DNA of 64,000 nt, taken from positions 13,575-77,574 of the forward strand of contig MCFE01000425.1 of assembly GCA_002104905.1 (NCBI GenBank), written 5' to 3'. Position numbers and translations under genes: made by a program. Position 1 is the first letter of the stretch, and the number at the start of each line of letters is the position of its first letter. Origin of the DNA: Basidiobolus meristosporus CBS 931.73. Lineage: Eukaryota; Fungi; Basidiobolomycota. The notes beneath the pieces were generated by a model. That model did no database searches and was not told where the DNA came from. It was given only the letters and a program-made list of their open reading frames with translations. Shown piece by piece: positions 40,311 to 52,920 of the stretch.

Positions 40311-43300
40311 TCATGGTAAGTTGCATCCTGATATGATTTTTGCAAGAAGTATAGGTAAACCCTCAGAGCCCCCATTACTGATATTAGTGGAAATGTGCAA
40401 CTTCTCTAGCTACAACATTTCATTACTCACCAGTAGATTGATTACTAGGTTCAATTGGCTCCATAAAGTATATATGGCATTTGTATTAGCAGGTGTTATC
40501 TCATTGCACATTGGGATTTGACTGGGCTCATACATGGTACTGTTGTTAGGGGAGATAGGCTCACAATCCATCAGTGAGCCTTCTTCCTCAGAGCTATCAC
40601 TCTGTGTGCCATATTCAAGAGCTGAGGTGAGCATAAAGGCCTCACTATCACACCTGACTCAGTGTTCACAGAGCAACAAGTACAGCCATATGCTGATATG
40701 GAAGTATCAAGTAGTTGGTGAGATATTGTTGATACATTGGTGATTGATGAGTGGCCAAATGTCAATTGTGTGACAAAACACTGTCCATGGCTCTGGTAAT
40801 ACTTCCTATGGTGTCTGTGTACTTCACGGCCAAGATGCTGGTTACCATAGCCCAAGGTCTTTTCTCTCTTCTCTTGCAGCAATGAATCAAGTGGTCTTTC
40901 CATGGGGCAAAAAGTTTAAACTTGGCAGCATAACAGTATTATATCACTTTCTTGTTGATACTTTGTAAGAGTCTTGGAGATATTGGAAGTGATTGGGAGG
41001 ATATTTTTGCAATCATTTCATTGGAAGAACAGTAAATAAGCTAACTAAGTTATTCTCTGTAGCTTCACATACAAAATGACGTCTAATATCTAAGTGCTTA
41101 GTTCTAGCACAAAATGTTGGATTTCTACCTAATTGTATACATCCCTGATAATCTTGAAATAAAGTAATAAGCATTTTTTGACATAGGCCTCAATCTCTGA
41201 AAGCTTTGTTAGCCACATTGCTTCATTTGTAGCTTCACAGGCTGCCATATACTCTGCCTTTGTGGGGGAATGTGCTATGATTAATTGCATTCTTGAAACT
41301 GTTCCCTGACAGTAAAGAAATGTGATCCTGTGGTGGGTCTTCTGTCTTCTAAATTTTGTCCCCAATCAGCTTCAGAGTATGCTACAAGATTCTTTTCTGA
41401 ATCCTTATAAGTGTATCTTAAGTGGATACCAGCAGTTCCTTTCAGATATCTAGAATCTGTCTAACTGCTGTAATATGTTCAGATCCATAGTTCATTTGTT
41501 GCTGACTGACAACTGCCACTGAATATGAGATTTCTGGTCATGTTCCAAGTACAATATACATTGACTGCCAACCATAAGTGGGTAAGGAAAGTCAGGGCTT
41601 TCAGATGGCACCAAACTCTCTTGACTTGGTTGAGTTTTGACCAATTTATGGTTTGCCTCCATTGGGGTAACTGCCAGATTACAGTCTTCAATTTGGTACT
41701 TCTTTAGTATATCATCAATATACTTGGATTAGCTCAGGGAGCTAGTTGAGGTACTTCTGTCTATGAAGAAGCATATCCCAAGTAGTAACTGGAGTTCTCT
41801 TAGATTGGATATTTGAACACTTTAGATAGGCTGGATTTAGTCCCTTCCTATGTTACTAAGTAACTGGCAGCTATAATAAGATAACCCACATATAGAGCTA
41901 ATAGAGCAGGATTTGCTCTATCTGGCTTATAGTATATACTACCACAAGCATTACTCCTTTGAAACTCAGAGATTCCAAATAAGAATCTATCTTGCAATCC
42001 TAGGCTCTTGGTGATTTCCGGAGACCACTTGAAAATATTTCAAGCTTACAAACCAAATAGGGTTTATCCTGGTCAACAAATCAATCAGGCCAACACATAT
42101 ATATTTCCTCATTAAGTTCTCTGTTCAAGAATGCAATTTACATCCATTTCATGTATGAAAAGCCAACATTTTGCTGCAACAGCCAATATCAATCTGAAGT
42201 ATTTAAACTTGGCTCCCAGTACAAAGGTCTCAGTAGAGTCAAGTACTTTTGTTTGAGAGTATCCTTTCTCTACAAGTCTTGCTTCCTATCTTTCAATTGA
42301 CTATCAGACTTATATTTTGTCTTAAAGATCCATCTGCAGCTAATTGATTTTGGGTTGATTTGTAACTTAACTAAGCCCCAAGTTTGATCTTCTATCAGGG
42401 CCGGATGTTCCTAAGTCATTGCAGATATCCATAACTTTGTCTGAGGGCTATTTAAGGCTCTTTTACAGTCTGGAGCTCATCAATATGTACTGAGTAGGCA
42501 TATGCTAAGTTTGCACCCTTGTTGATATACTAATTTGGGCTATTTCTTGTCTAGTTGGATCTCCTGGGATCTGGTGCTGTAATAATCACTTCTAGTTTAT
42601 TCCTGGGCACCAATTCTAGTTGGGCCACAGATTTAGAGTCCTCTGAAGCGAAAAGGTTTGCATAGCTTGGATCCAATTTAATCCCAACTATTGGTAGACA
42701 TGAATTTCAAATATTTGTCATCATCTGAAGCCATTTTTATGAAAATGTCAATTTTTGATCAAACAACAAATCTCTGGACTTGATCAGCTTCTTTGTATTG
42801 GTATTGCAGAGTCTTTATGCCTTAATCTCATTACAATAACCCAAAAATATGCATTTTACATTTTTGGTTCAAATTTGACAGATTTCCCAGCATTTTCTTG
42901 GCATATGCTGTACACCCACATATTTGTAGATGTTCTGCGCTTGGTCTGTGTCCATGTCATGCTTTAAATGGAGTAGAATCACAAAGTACCCTGTTATAAC
43001 TTCTATTTTTGAGGTATACAGTTGTGGCAACTGACTCAACCCAATAATCATGAAATAATTTTTGACCATGGACCATTGATCTTGGCATATCAGCTTGTGC
43101 TCTGTTAGCACATACTGCTACGCCATTTGCTGTGTGGAGCATGGTCAGAATATTCCAAGTAAATTGCAACAAGGTACTTGGTCAATATATACTAGGATTT
43201 GAAGGTAATGATCTGAGTGACTAAGTTAGCTGTATACTTTGGTGGAATTATGAATTTTTGCAAGAAGCACATATATGAGCTTAAGAAAGTATTGCAGCTG

Positions 43301-43440
43301 AAACTTTGCACCTACATGAATGCAAGATTCAAGGATGACAAGCCATGGTAGGTGTTGCAAATAAAGCTGGGGCACAACATACACATATATACATATCCCT
43401 ATCTTGTTGCAATGTATGAAGTGCTATGGATGTATGGTAC
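40311..43440 (-). pseudogene. CMC Tnp2 5' region and intergenic spacer (40311-40960, 43266-43440) hosting copia A3
   Basis: Aligns with 14105-14870 continuously across the copia insertion. Confidence 0.7.
40961..43265 (-). mobile_element. Copia-1 copy A3 with both outer LTR ends and two large internal deletions
   Basis: LTR 5' piece about 43150-43265, integrase-RT-RNaseH 43130-41010, last ~50 bp of LTR 41010-40961. Colinear with 61560-63720. Confidence 0.82.
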
Positions 43441-43450
43441 TTATTACAAA

Positions 43451-45520
43451 TAGTGATAATAGTGGAAATGCTGCCCTTTGTAAAGAAATTCCGTATTTAT
43501 ACCTTTGTAGAAGTAATATAGCTGTAATACTAAGTAAGGAGGAATTCTTAACACTCAGGATCATTCTGTAACAGCTTTAGGGTTAGTACATATTGTTTTG
43601 TAAAAGTACTGATTTGATCTTGTCTATTACAGAATAATCATATAATCATAGATCTGAAAGCAGTTGCAAATCTATTGCTGTGAGTTAGTCCTACAGTGAC
43701 CAAGACTAGTCTGGAGTTGTTAGGTAGACCTTCAGCTGCTAAGTGATAGTAAATAGAATAATATTTTAACACCCCCTCTCAACTAAATAACTCACTAATC
43801 CTAGTTCCTCTTTGAGATTTTCAAAATGTGACCTAGTTAGTGGTTTTGTCAATATGTCTTCCATTCTTTTGTCATTTGGGCTGTAAACTAACTCTACTGA
43901 GTTATTTTCTGTGGCTTCCCTCACAACATAGTGCTTTATATCTATGCGCTTAGCTCTGGTATGATTGGTAGTATTTCTGGCTAATGAAATACAACCTTGA
44001 TTATCCTTGTAAATACAAGTTGGTTCAATTATATTAAAACCTGAGCCTTTGAGTAGTTTTTGTGGTCATACAGCCTTCTTTGTTGCTTGACAAGCAGACA
44101 CATATTCAGCTTTGGTTGTAGATAGGGCCACAGCTGGTTGTATGTTGAAATTCCAAGAAACAGCTGCACCAGCATAAAGAAATACATACCCATTGATAGA
44201 GAGTGATCCCATCAGATCCCTACCCCAAACTGAATCACTATAACAACCAAATCACTGCAAATTAGCTGCTCCACAGTTTTCCAGTACCATATTTATGGTA
44301 CCTTGTAGATATCTGAAAATAAGCTTAACTGCGGCTGTATGACCTGATCCATAGCTCTAAATGAGTTGACTGATTCTTCTAACTGCCATTGCAATATCTG
44401 GACCAATAGACACCACTAATTACATCATATTACTAAACATTGACTGATAGGGAAGCTTTTTGTCTAGATATGAGCCATTTTCACCTGAAACTGGCTGAGA
44501 TTTGCTCAATTTCAAGATATTGTCCATAGGGTTAGCTGCAGGCTTGCAACTTTTGGTTTGAAGCATCTAAAAGTGTCCCCAATGTACCCACAGTGATTCA
44601 GCAAAATACTTATTGCAGGTATGTCAATTTGACTACAACTTCAAGAAAATAGCTCTATTTTCCAAGATCTTTCATGGGAAACCAACTGAAGAGATCTGAT
44701 TATATCTGTTTGAGTGCTTCCTGGTCACTAGTAGCTATTATTAGGTCATCTACATATAGATCCAGGATGAACGCACCCTATTTAACTGTTTCACAAGTAT
44801 ACTTCTATATGCAGGGCTACAAATGAACCCAATCTCATCTAGATATGTGTGAATCTTGTTATGCTGTGCTTGGGGCGGCTGCTTAAGCTTATACAACAAG
44901 TTTCTGAGTCTGCACACCTTATGGGGGTGTTTTGAATTGACAAAGTTTCATAAGTCTGCATACCTTATGAGCGCTGTTTGGACCAGCAAAGCCTTTGGGT
45001 TGCTCTATATACATTGTTCTGCAGATCCCCATTTAGAAAGGGTGCTTTAATGTCCATTTGATGTAGATCTAGACTGTGGACAGCTGCTAGGGCCAGAACT
45101 GTTGTAATGGAGTTAAACTTGGCAACCAGAACAAATGCTCATTAAAGTCCAGTCTCTGCATCTGGGAATAGCCTTGAGCCACCAATCTGGCCTTGTACTT
45201 ATAATGGTAATGTTTGAAGTTCTCTTGATCTTATAGACCCATCTACATTGTATTGGCTTTCTCCTATTTGGTAAATCTACCAGTTCCCATGTTTTTGCAA
45301 CAATTAGTGATTGGTTTGCCTGCTGCATGGCTTGTTGCCACATGGTAGCATCTGGACCTTGCGTTGCTTGTTCCATATCTCCTAACTGGGATAAGTTGCT
45401 ATGATCTGGAACTAGTAGAACTATCATCTCTATCTGGCTAAGCTAGATATGTATCTTCTTCATTAATGTTGAATACATCATCAGTCAGCTGTCCAATGAT
45501 ATCAGTAGCTTTCTGACCTG
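43451..45520 (-). mobile_element. Copia-2 copy B1: RT/RNaseH, PPT (43772-80) and 3' LTR (about 43451-43771), degenerate
   Basis: TWELVDLPNRRKPIQCRWVYKIK RT motif and AKRIDIKHYVVREA RNaseH end. The LTR matches 60629-60951. Confidence 0.82.
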
Positions 45521-46229
45521 ATGGGACCCAGAAGATGGTGAACTATGCCTGAATAGGGTGAAGCCAGAGGAAACTCTGGTAGAGGCTTGTAGCAATTCTG
45601 ACGTGCAAATTGATCATCAAATTTGGGTATAGGGGCAAAAGACTAATCAAACCATCTAGTAGCTGGTTCCGGCCAAAGTTTCCCTCAAGATAGCAGAAAC
45701 TCATTGAACAGCTTTATGAGGTAAAGCAAATGATTAGAGGACTTAGGGATGAAACATCTTTAACCTATTCTCAAACTTTAAATATGTAAGACGTCCATGT
45801 TGCTTAATTGAACATGGACTATCAAATGAGAGTTTCTAGTGGGCCATTTTTGGTAAGCAGAACTGGCAATGCAGCATGAACCAAACAAAATATGAATGCA
45901 ATATTTTTCAATACTTTTTGCGTGGTGTTCCAATGGGGGCAATACCTCTTGGTCACAGTACTTTATTCTTGTGATGGCCTCTGACCAGATCATCTCAATT
46001 ACTTTTCTTAGGGGTAGCAATTGCTGTACCTTTGTTAGAAGTCCAGCAAATGACTGTCATAACATTAGTATAAGCAGTATTAACAAATATGCTGTCAGCC
46101 TGTACCAGAGCAACAGTGAGGCAATTAGGTGCAGTAGCTGATAGGATAGATGCAAATAGCAATATAAGGAAGTAGCCAAGACATTGGAAGGGCCAATAAT
46201 ATTAGTAGTGCAATCAATATCCCTAGCTG

Positions 46230-46865
46230 AGAATGAAACAGACTTGTTCCACTGGATAGCATTGCATTAAGCATGAGTGCCAAATGATGCTATTGTGTGT
46301 CAAGGAGGCCAAGTGAGCCTATACTTGGACATTGGGTGTGCAACATAGCTCTTCATCTTCATGCAAAGCTGCCCCTGTGTTTCAACCATTGTACTGGCAA
46401 AAATCCATTCTTCAATCTTTTTTGGGGATCAGTGCTGTGCAGGATGTGAAAGAGCACAAATTAAATGAAGATGCTGTATCTAAGTACAAGCCCTCATGTA
46501 AAACCTATAAAAAGCACTTGTAGTGCCAGAGAGTACCAGTTAACCAAGATAGTGGCATGCATTTTTGTGACATGATACAAGTCTCAGGAGCTAGATTCAG
46601 AGTGCCATGGGTATTGAATACCAGATGTATGTCTTGATTCATTTTGTCCTCTAATACATCCTACACAGCACTGCTCCAAATAAAAAGTCAAAAATGGACT
46701 TCCTCCAGCATAACAGGTGAAACACAGGGGCTGCTTCCATGAAGTTGAAGAGCAGTGTTTCACACTCAGTAGCCAAGTTTAGGTCTGCTATGCCTCTATG
46801 GCACACAATGGCACTATCCAGCACTCATGACTCAATATGGCACTATCCAATGGAACAGATCTGGT
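46230..46865. mobile_element. Foldback element copy 2 (opposite orientation, one arm partly deleted)
   Basis: Arms and spacer match copy 1 (22127-24030). Confidence 0.78.
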
Positions 46866-47962
46866 ATATAAGCTGCAAAGAAGGTACTCAGGTAGCTCAG
46901 TTTCACTGCACAAGTTAAGCCATTTCTCAATGTGACAGCAGAGGAACACCTTGTAGACTTTTAAGCTGAACCACTGTGCTCAAAGATGAAGCCTCTGCAA
47001 ACTCTATCAGAGTATGAAAGAGCAAAACTGTGGTACTTAAACCAATACCCAGAAAAAATACATTGAAGATCCAAGAAGTTGTTCAGTGCAGCAATGGAGA
47101 GTTGGCTATTATTTCCCAGTGAAAAAAACTGCAACAATTGCACCAAGAAGCCAACTCAGAAATAATGTCCTTAGAATAAGAGTTATTGATATCTTCAGGA
47201 CACCTTGCAAAGACTGTTGAAGATTGATTGCACACAAGATTTCTCAAATTCTTAACCAGAACTTTTGATCACAACAATACATAAGTGGCTTTTGATTGCA
47301 CTTCTGCCAATCTCTCACTGTCTTTTCCAGACACTCAATCACCACCTACATTTGTGCTCATTGATTGGCTGTTGTCTCTTTTTCACACTCTTTACTCCCT
47401 GACGCAGTTGGTTATCTTGCTTTTCATGCATACAAAATGATTCAATTCCATCAACACTTCAGTTGTGCCTCAGTTGCCAATTGTAATGATCAATACAAGT
47501 CCTTGTACCCAACACCAACATCAAGCCTAACATTACACTTAACAAGTAACTCCATTAACATCCACCATTCAATAATTATTTCTGCAGTAACATCTTTTTT
47601 TAAGACTTTGGCAGGAACCTGGTGGTTTTGTGCTCTTCAGCATTCACTGGATCCCATATGTTTTGGTCTTCAGCCAGCACTGCAAGCTTGAGCACCTCAT
47701 ATGCCAGTCCTTGCAATAAATTGTTGCAATATTCAAATGTAACTTCCTGGCCACTACTAATTAAGAAGTGCTACAACTGCTTTGGTATGCCTATTAATAT
47801 TCCAAAGCTCCACCGCAGGCATTGTGATAGTCTTTTGAGTTCTTGAAGTTGTTACTTGTCTTTCAGTGGGATCTTAACTTTGTCTATAATGGAGGATGTG
47901 TGGGCAGTAGTCAACAAATTATTATCCTATGCATACTGATCTATCTCACTGGAGTGTAGCTC

Positions 47963-48328
47963 TGTTACAAGTCTTGGTATAAGAGTTGTAGAGGAATAGG
48001 GAGTTTAGCTAGTTTTGTATTCACTAAAACTTGAACTGATTTTTATTGATGTTCCAGCAGCTCATTATAAACATTTTGCCAGATCAATTGCTGACTAATT
48101 GTATTCCCTAATGTAGGTTGTGGCTGATGACTCACTTGATTGCATCATCATCATCCAATAAGATCCTACTTAATATATCTATTTCTGTCTGATAAGGATC
48201 TGCTGATTCATTTGCTGACTAATGCTACTGATTTCATAGATAATACTGATATACTGATAACCTAAACTTAAACTAATTGATTTGAAAAAACTGATCTAAC
48301 TTAAATATTTAAGTGGCAGATCGTAACA
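47963..48328 (-). repeat. Gypsy-1 solo LTR (366 bp), 4-bp TSD GCTC
   Basis: TGTTAC..GTAACA with GCTC on both sides. Empty site CTGGAGTGTA-GCTC-AA seen as the reverse complement of about 30999-31014. Confidence 0.92.
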
Positions 48329-48550
48329 GCTCAACTGACTGGACTTCTAACACTTGAGAAAAATGGTTTCTTGTTGGTAATGCTTCTTGACTAAGATGCA
48401 ATTTAGCCGCATCTGGAAAAATTGCATTAACTTGTGATAACTACATCTTTTTTTGACACTGCCTTGTCTCCTGCTTGGGTTGACCTTTTTCTCTTTACCT
48501 TTACCTTTATCACTGACAAGTCTCTCACTGTTACTTTGGCTGAATGCTTC

Positions 48551-49733
48551 TGTTGTGTTGAATTATGATTAGTTTAGGGTTGTTGCACAATTTAGAGACT
48601 GATCAGCAATATACAAGATCCTCCAGTATGCTAGTACTGAAAAGATTTGTTGGAAGACATATATGCCAATAGAAGATACAGCTTTAACAAGCATCCCCAA
48701 TCTTATACTCAATATATACTATAAGCACTGGTTCTCACTTCTACAGCTGTATTCTAACCATTTACTTACAGTTGGGCTTATGTGCATTTAAAGTCACTAT
48801 TCCTTACTTGAAAGTCACTTTCTTTTCTGAATGAATACTTCCTTATTTGAAAATTCAGAACACTTCTTCAACCCAAAGGGGTGTAGTGAAAGGGTCACTA
48901 GTTATAAAGAGGTGTCCAATTGAGTATCTTCTGAACAAAGTGGCTTCTTACTGTAGTTTCTAAAATTGGCCTTATGCTAGAGTGGTGCCTAAAGTGGTTT
49001 CTGAAAGGCATCCCTAGACTAAAGTGATGCTTCAAAGTGAAGAGGTTTCTCAGATGGGACTTTGCCAACAGAGAAATGGTAGTATTCTGGTAGAACTTGG
49101 ATTGGATTTTTATGAGCCTTGCATTCTCTTTAGTGATATAGTACCAATCAAGTTCAAAATACTCAACAGTGCTAGTGATACTGGGGAAGTCTTATAACCT
49201 TTCATCTTGTAATGGTAGTGTAGATAATCTGGAAAGAGAGGCTCTGCTTTATTTGTCAGCTGTATAAGTTATTCATATAAAAATTCTGAAGGATCATAGT
49301 ATTTGGACAGTGCCCAGGCAATAAACATGATACACAGCTAAGATTTTGCAGTGGCACAGATGAGCCATAGGAGAAGCACCCTAGAAGATATTTCATGACC
49401 TAATTAGCTGGTTAAAAGTTACATGCAGCTGAAGTCACTATAATAATCCTAAAAATGAATGCCTGGTTTATATGGTTATAGGACTCTTTGATCATAATTC
49501 CTCAAACACTGCGTCAAGTAAGCTGTAATTTGAAGAATGTATTGGCTACTGAGTGTTCTTTATGACATGATATTCTTAGATGGGCAGCTTGTCAGAATGT
49601 TGAGTGTTGTCCCTCCAAGTTGGAAATTTGTGATCTCTCATTTGAGGGTTACAAAAGCAAATGGCAAAATAAAGAAATAAGTACAAAAGTGGTTGTGAGA
49701 TGTTGTGTTAATGGCATACTTTCCATTACCATA
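48551..49733 (-). repeat. LTR-Y solo LTR (1183 bp, older and inverted), TSD CTTC/CATC
   Basis: Reverse complement of LTR-Y; the ORF2 host is continuous across it. Confidence 0.8.
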
Positions 49734-50089
49734 CATCCTGTGTTGTATTCTACATTCTCCTTGATGAATGCTGCACTGGTGAAACCATACTTGCCTGCTT
49801 ATCCCTTGCTGGCACTCCCCAAGCAACCTGACATTTCTTTGATGCTTGCCTGGAATTATCAGCCATTCTAGTGATGGGTTCCTGAGAGGGCTGTAGGTTT
49901 TATCACTGTAAAGGCCTTCACTGCTACTTCTACTGATTGCTTCTTGTATTGAAATATGTTTTATCCTTGAGAAGAACTTTGTTGATGCATCTCTTTCTGC
50001 CTGCCTGTCCCTAGCTGGCACTCCTCTGACCAACTATTGCTCTTCAAATTTGGTGTGCTGATCCTCTGCTGTTATATCAGGGTTGTATT

Positions 50090-50358
50090 CAAAAGGAAAG
50101 AGCCATAAAACACTTGAATGGTTGAATTGAAACTTGGTGACAACTAAATGCAAAATCTTGGAATTGTCACAGAGTGACAGAAATATTAGCAGAGGTTATA
50201 GTCTAATGTTGATCTTGCATATAGCTGAGTTTGGCTACAAAGGCAACAGAGTTGATTTGCTATGCAGGCTAGACCTTATGTTCTTGGGAGTGCTAGATAT
50301 GCTAAACCTGGGTAAAAGCAAGAACACAATTGTTAAATTCTTAACTTTGCTGAGGCAC
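50090..50358 (-). repeat. Repeat shared with 60085-60350; probable Gypsy-2 LTR fragment
   Basis: Clear pairwise similarity (GTGACAACTAAATGCA..TGTCACAGAGTGACAGAAAT). The other copy lies just 5' of Gypsy-2 gag. Confidence 0.55.
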
Positions 50359-52920
50359 AATCTCCATTTGGTGTAGATCCAGACTGTGTACAGCTGCCAG
50401 AGCTAGAACTGTCCTAATGGAGTTATACCTTGCAACTGGAGCAAATGTCTCCTTAAAGTCTACACCCTGGATCTGGGAATAGCCTTTAGCCACCACTCTA
50501 GCCTTGTACTTATCAACGGCACTATTTGAGGTTATCTTGATCTTGTAGACCCATCTATATCCAATTGGCTTTCTCCCATTTGGCAAATCTACTAGTTCCC
50601 ACCATTTGGCTTTGATCAGTGATTGGTATTCCTCCTGCATGGCTTGTTGCCACATAGTAGCATCTGGACTTTGCATTGCCTGTTCCAGATTCTGAGGTTG
50701 GGCACATAAGGCAAAATAAGCTTCTTCATGATAATTGAATGTCTGCCACCAGGATCCAAGGGCATTTCTTATTCAGATAGATTTCCTCACTAGGATAATC
50801 TGCTCGGATCTGGAACTTGTAGAATTATCATCTGTATCAGGCTGAATTAGGTACGTATCTTCTTCATTAGTGTTGATTGCATCATCAGGTAGCTGGCTGA
50901 TAATTTCAATGGCTTTGTGATCTGAGTTCTCCTTAAATACAACATCCCTGCTCTTGATCAGCTTATGAATTTGCCATCATACACTCTATACCCTTTAGTA
51001 TCTTCACAATACGCAAGAAAGATCCCTTTCCTACTCTTTGGTTCCAACTTTGAGCATTTTTTGACATGGATGTGATAAAAATTATTGCTGCCAAAGATCT
51101 TGAGTTCCAAGAGATCTGGTTTTTGGCCTGTAGATGCTTCAAAGGGTGTAGTATCACATGGTGCGGCTGTTGGGCATCTATTTCTGATGTATACAGTGGT
51201 AGCAACAGATTCAGCCCAAAACTTGTAGTCCATTCCCTTATCATGCAGCATAGATCTTTTCATCTATACTATTGTACTATTTGCACGTTCTGCTACTCCA
51301 TTTTGCTTTGGAGTATGAGGAACCGGGGTCTGTTGAAGTATACCAGTAGATGAGCAGTATTTTGCAAAGATTTACACACAGTTTGTGTTTCTGCCATGTT
51401 CTTGAAGTGCCTAAACATCTCTAAACCTTCATCCTTTGTTTGGAGGAAGTACACCCATGTATATCTTGTTTTGTCATCAATAAATGTCATAGAGTATTGC
51501 TTGGCTCTAAAGGACAGTGTTCTCATGGGGCCACATATGTCTGAGTGTACAATAGCCAATATTTTGGTGGTATTGATGCCTTTTGAGCTCTTGAAATGCT
51601 GTCTAGCTTGTTTGCCATGTGAACATCCCTTACAAACATTCTATTTGATTGGAATTGAGTATTTTAGGCCCAAAACAAGCTGATTTTTCACCAACTGGCT
51701 CATTTTCTGTTCCCCAATGTGTCCTAGCCTCCTATTTCATGTCACCCAGTTGGTTTCATCAGTTTCAGCAATATTGACATACTCAGGTACAATGATCTTG
51801 CATTGTACCTTGTATATATTGTGATCTCTGATTTCCAGAGCTAAGTTTTGTCCATTTTCACTCAATATTGAGCAGCTCATCTAAGTACAAGCAAATTTCA
51901 GTCCCTGAGCAGTTGCTTTACAGACAGAGAGTAGGTTCTTAGCTATATCAGGTACATAAAGTATGTCAGTTAGTCTTGCTGTTGTTGCATCTGAGTTGTT
52001 GCTCATATTTAGTTGTATATGCCCACTGGCAGTAGCTTCCAGAGCAGAGTTATCTCCTAGATAAACCTTTGTTATGGGAATAGTCTTTAAGTTGCTGCAC
52101 CACTCCTTTATACCACAAATATGCTGTGATGCTCCAGAGTCAATATACCATTCATTACTTTGGTTACTTGCACTCTATTGTACGGTTACAAATAACTGAT
52201 CATCAGTAACTATATGGCTTGCCGGGTCTAGTTTCTGTTTTTGTCTGCTTGTTTCTTGTTGCATTCTCTTGCCTGGTGTCCTGGCTTTTTACAGTAGTTA
52301 GAGAAACCAGGTTTTCTTTGGGTTTGTTGCTTTCCCTTCTTTTCTGAGTGCCTTTCTGAGCTGAATAAAGCATTATCTGCATTTCTCTCTGCTTGATCAT
52401 TATGTCTAAGTTCTTCACGGAGAAGTCTTCCTTTGACATAGTCTAAGGTCAAATTGTCCTCTCTGCTTTAAAAAGAAAGTATGAGTGGCTCATACTCATC
52501 TGGTAGGCTGCAAAGCAGACAGAGTATCTTTTCTTCAGCATCTACACCAGCATTAATAATGTAAAGTGCTTCTGCAAGTGTCTCCATTCTGTTAATGAGT
52601 TTTATCATGTCATCATCTGGCTTCTTCCTCCTGTTGCAGAACTTTTGCTTTAAATAAAGCTTGCTTGAAACTGACTTTGCTTTAAAGATCTTCTCTAAGG
52701 ATTCCCATGCTACTTTGGCAGTATTTGAGGCATGGATTTGTCCAATGAAGGAATCTAGCACATTGATGCATATGGCATTAAAGGCCTTTCACTCCTTCTC
52801 TTGAAACTTTTCCACTTCTTCTGCTGCTCCTTTGGGCTCAACTTCTTTTCCGGTTACTATATTTCAAAGCTTCTTTTCCTCAAGGTGGATCTGCATCTTG
52901 ATTCTGCAAAGTCTGTAGTT
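50359..52920 (-). mobile_element. Copia-2 copy B2: gag, CCHC, protease, integrase and RT N-terminus, degenerate
   Basis: NGENYRL.RIKMQIHLEEKKL, CKKPGHQAREC, IVHSDICGPM, KYKARVVAKGYSQIQGVDFKETFAPVAR. Confidence 0.88.

Larger units (their letters stand above)
45620..50060. mobile_element. Mosaic of CMC pieces: right end at about 46013, ORF2(+) 46014-47165, inverted right end at about 47169 and ORF2(-) 47700-50060
   Basis: Alignment to 29950-30430, 31490-31935 and 17880-18500. Confidence 0.65.
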
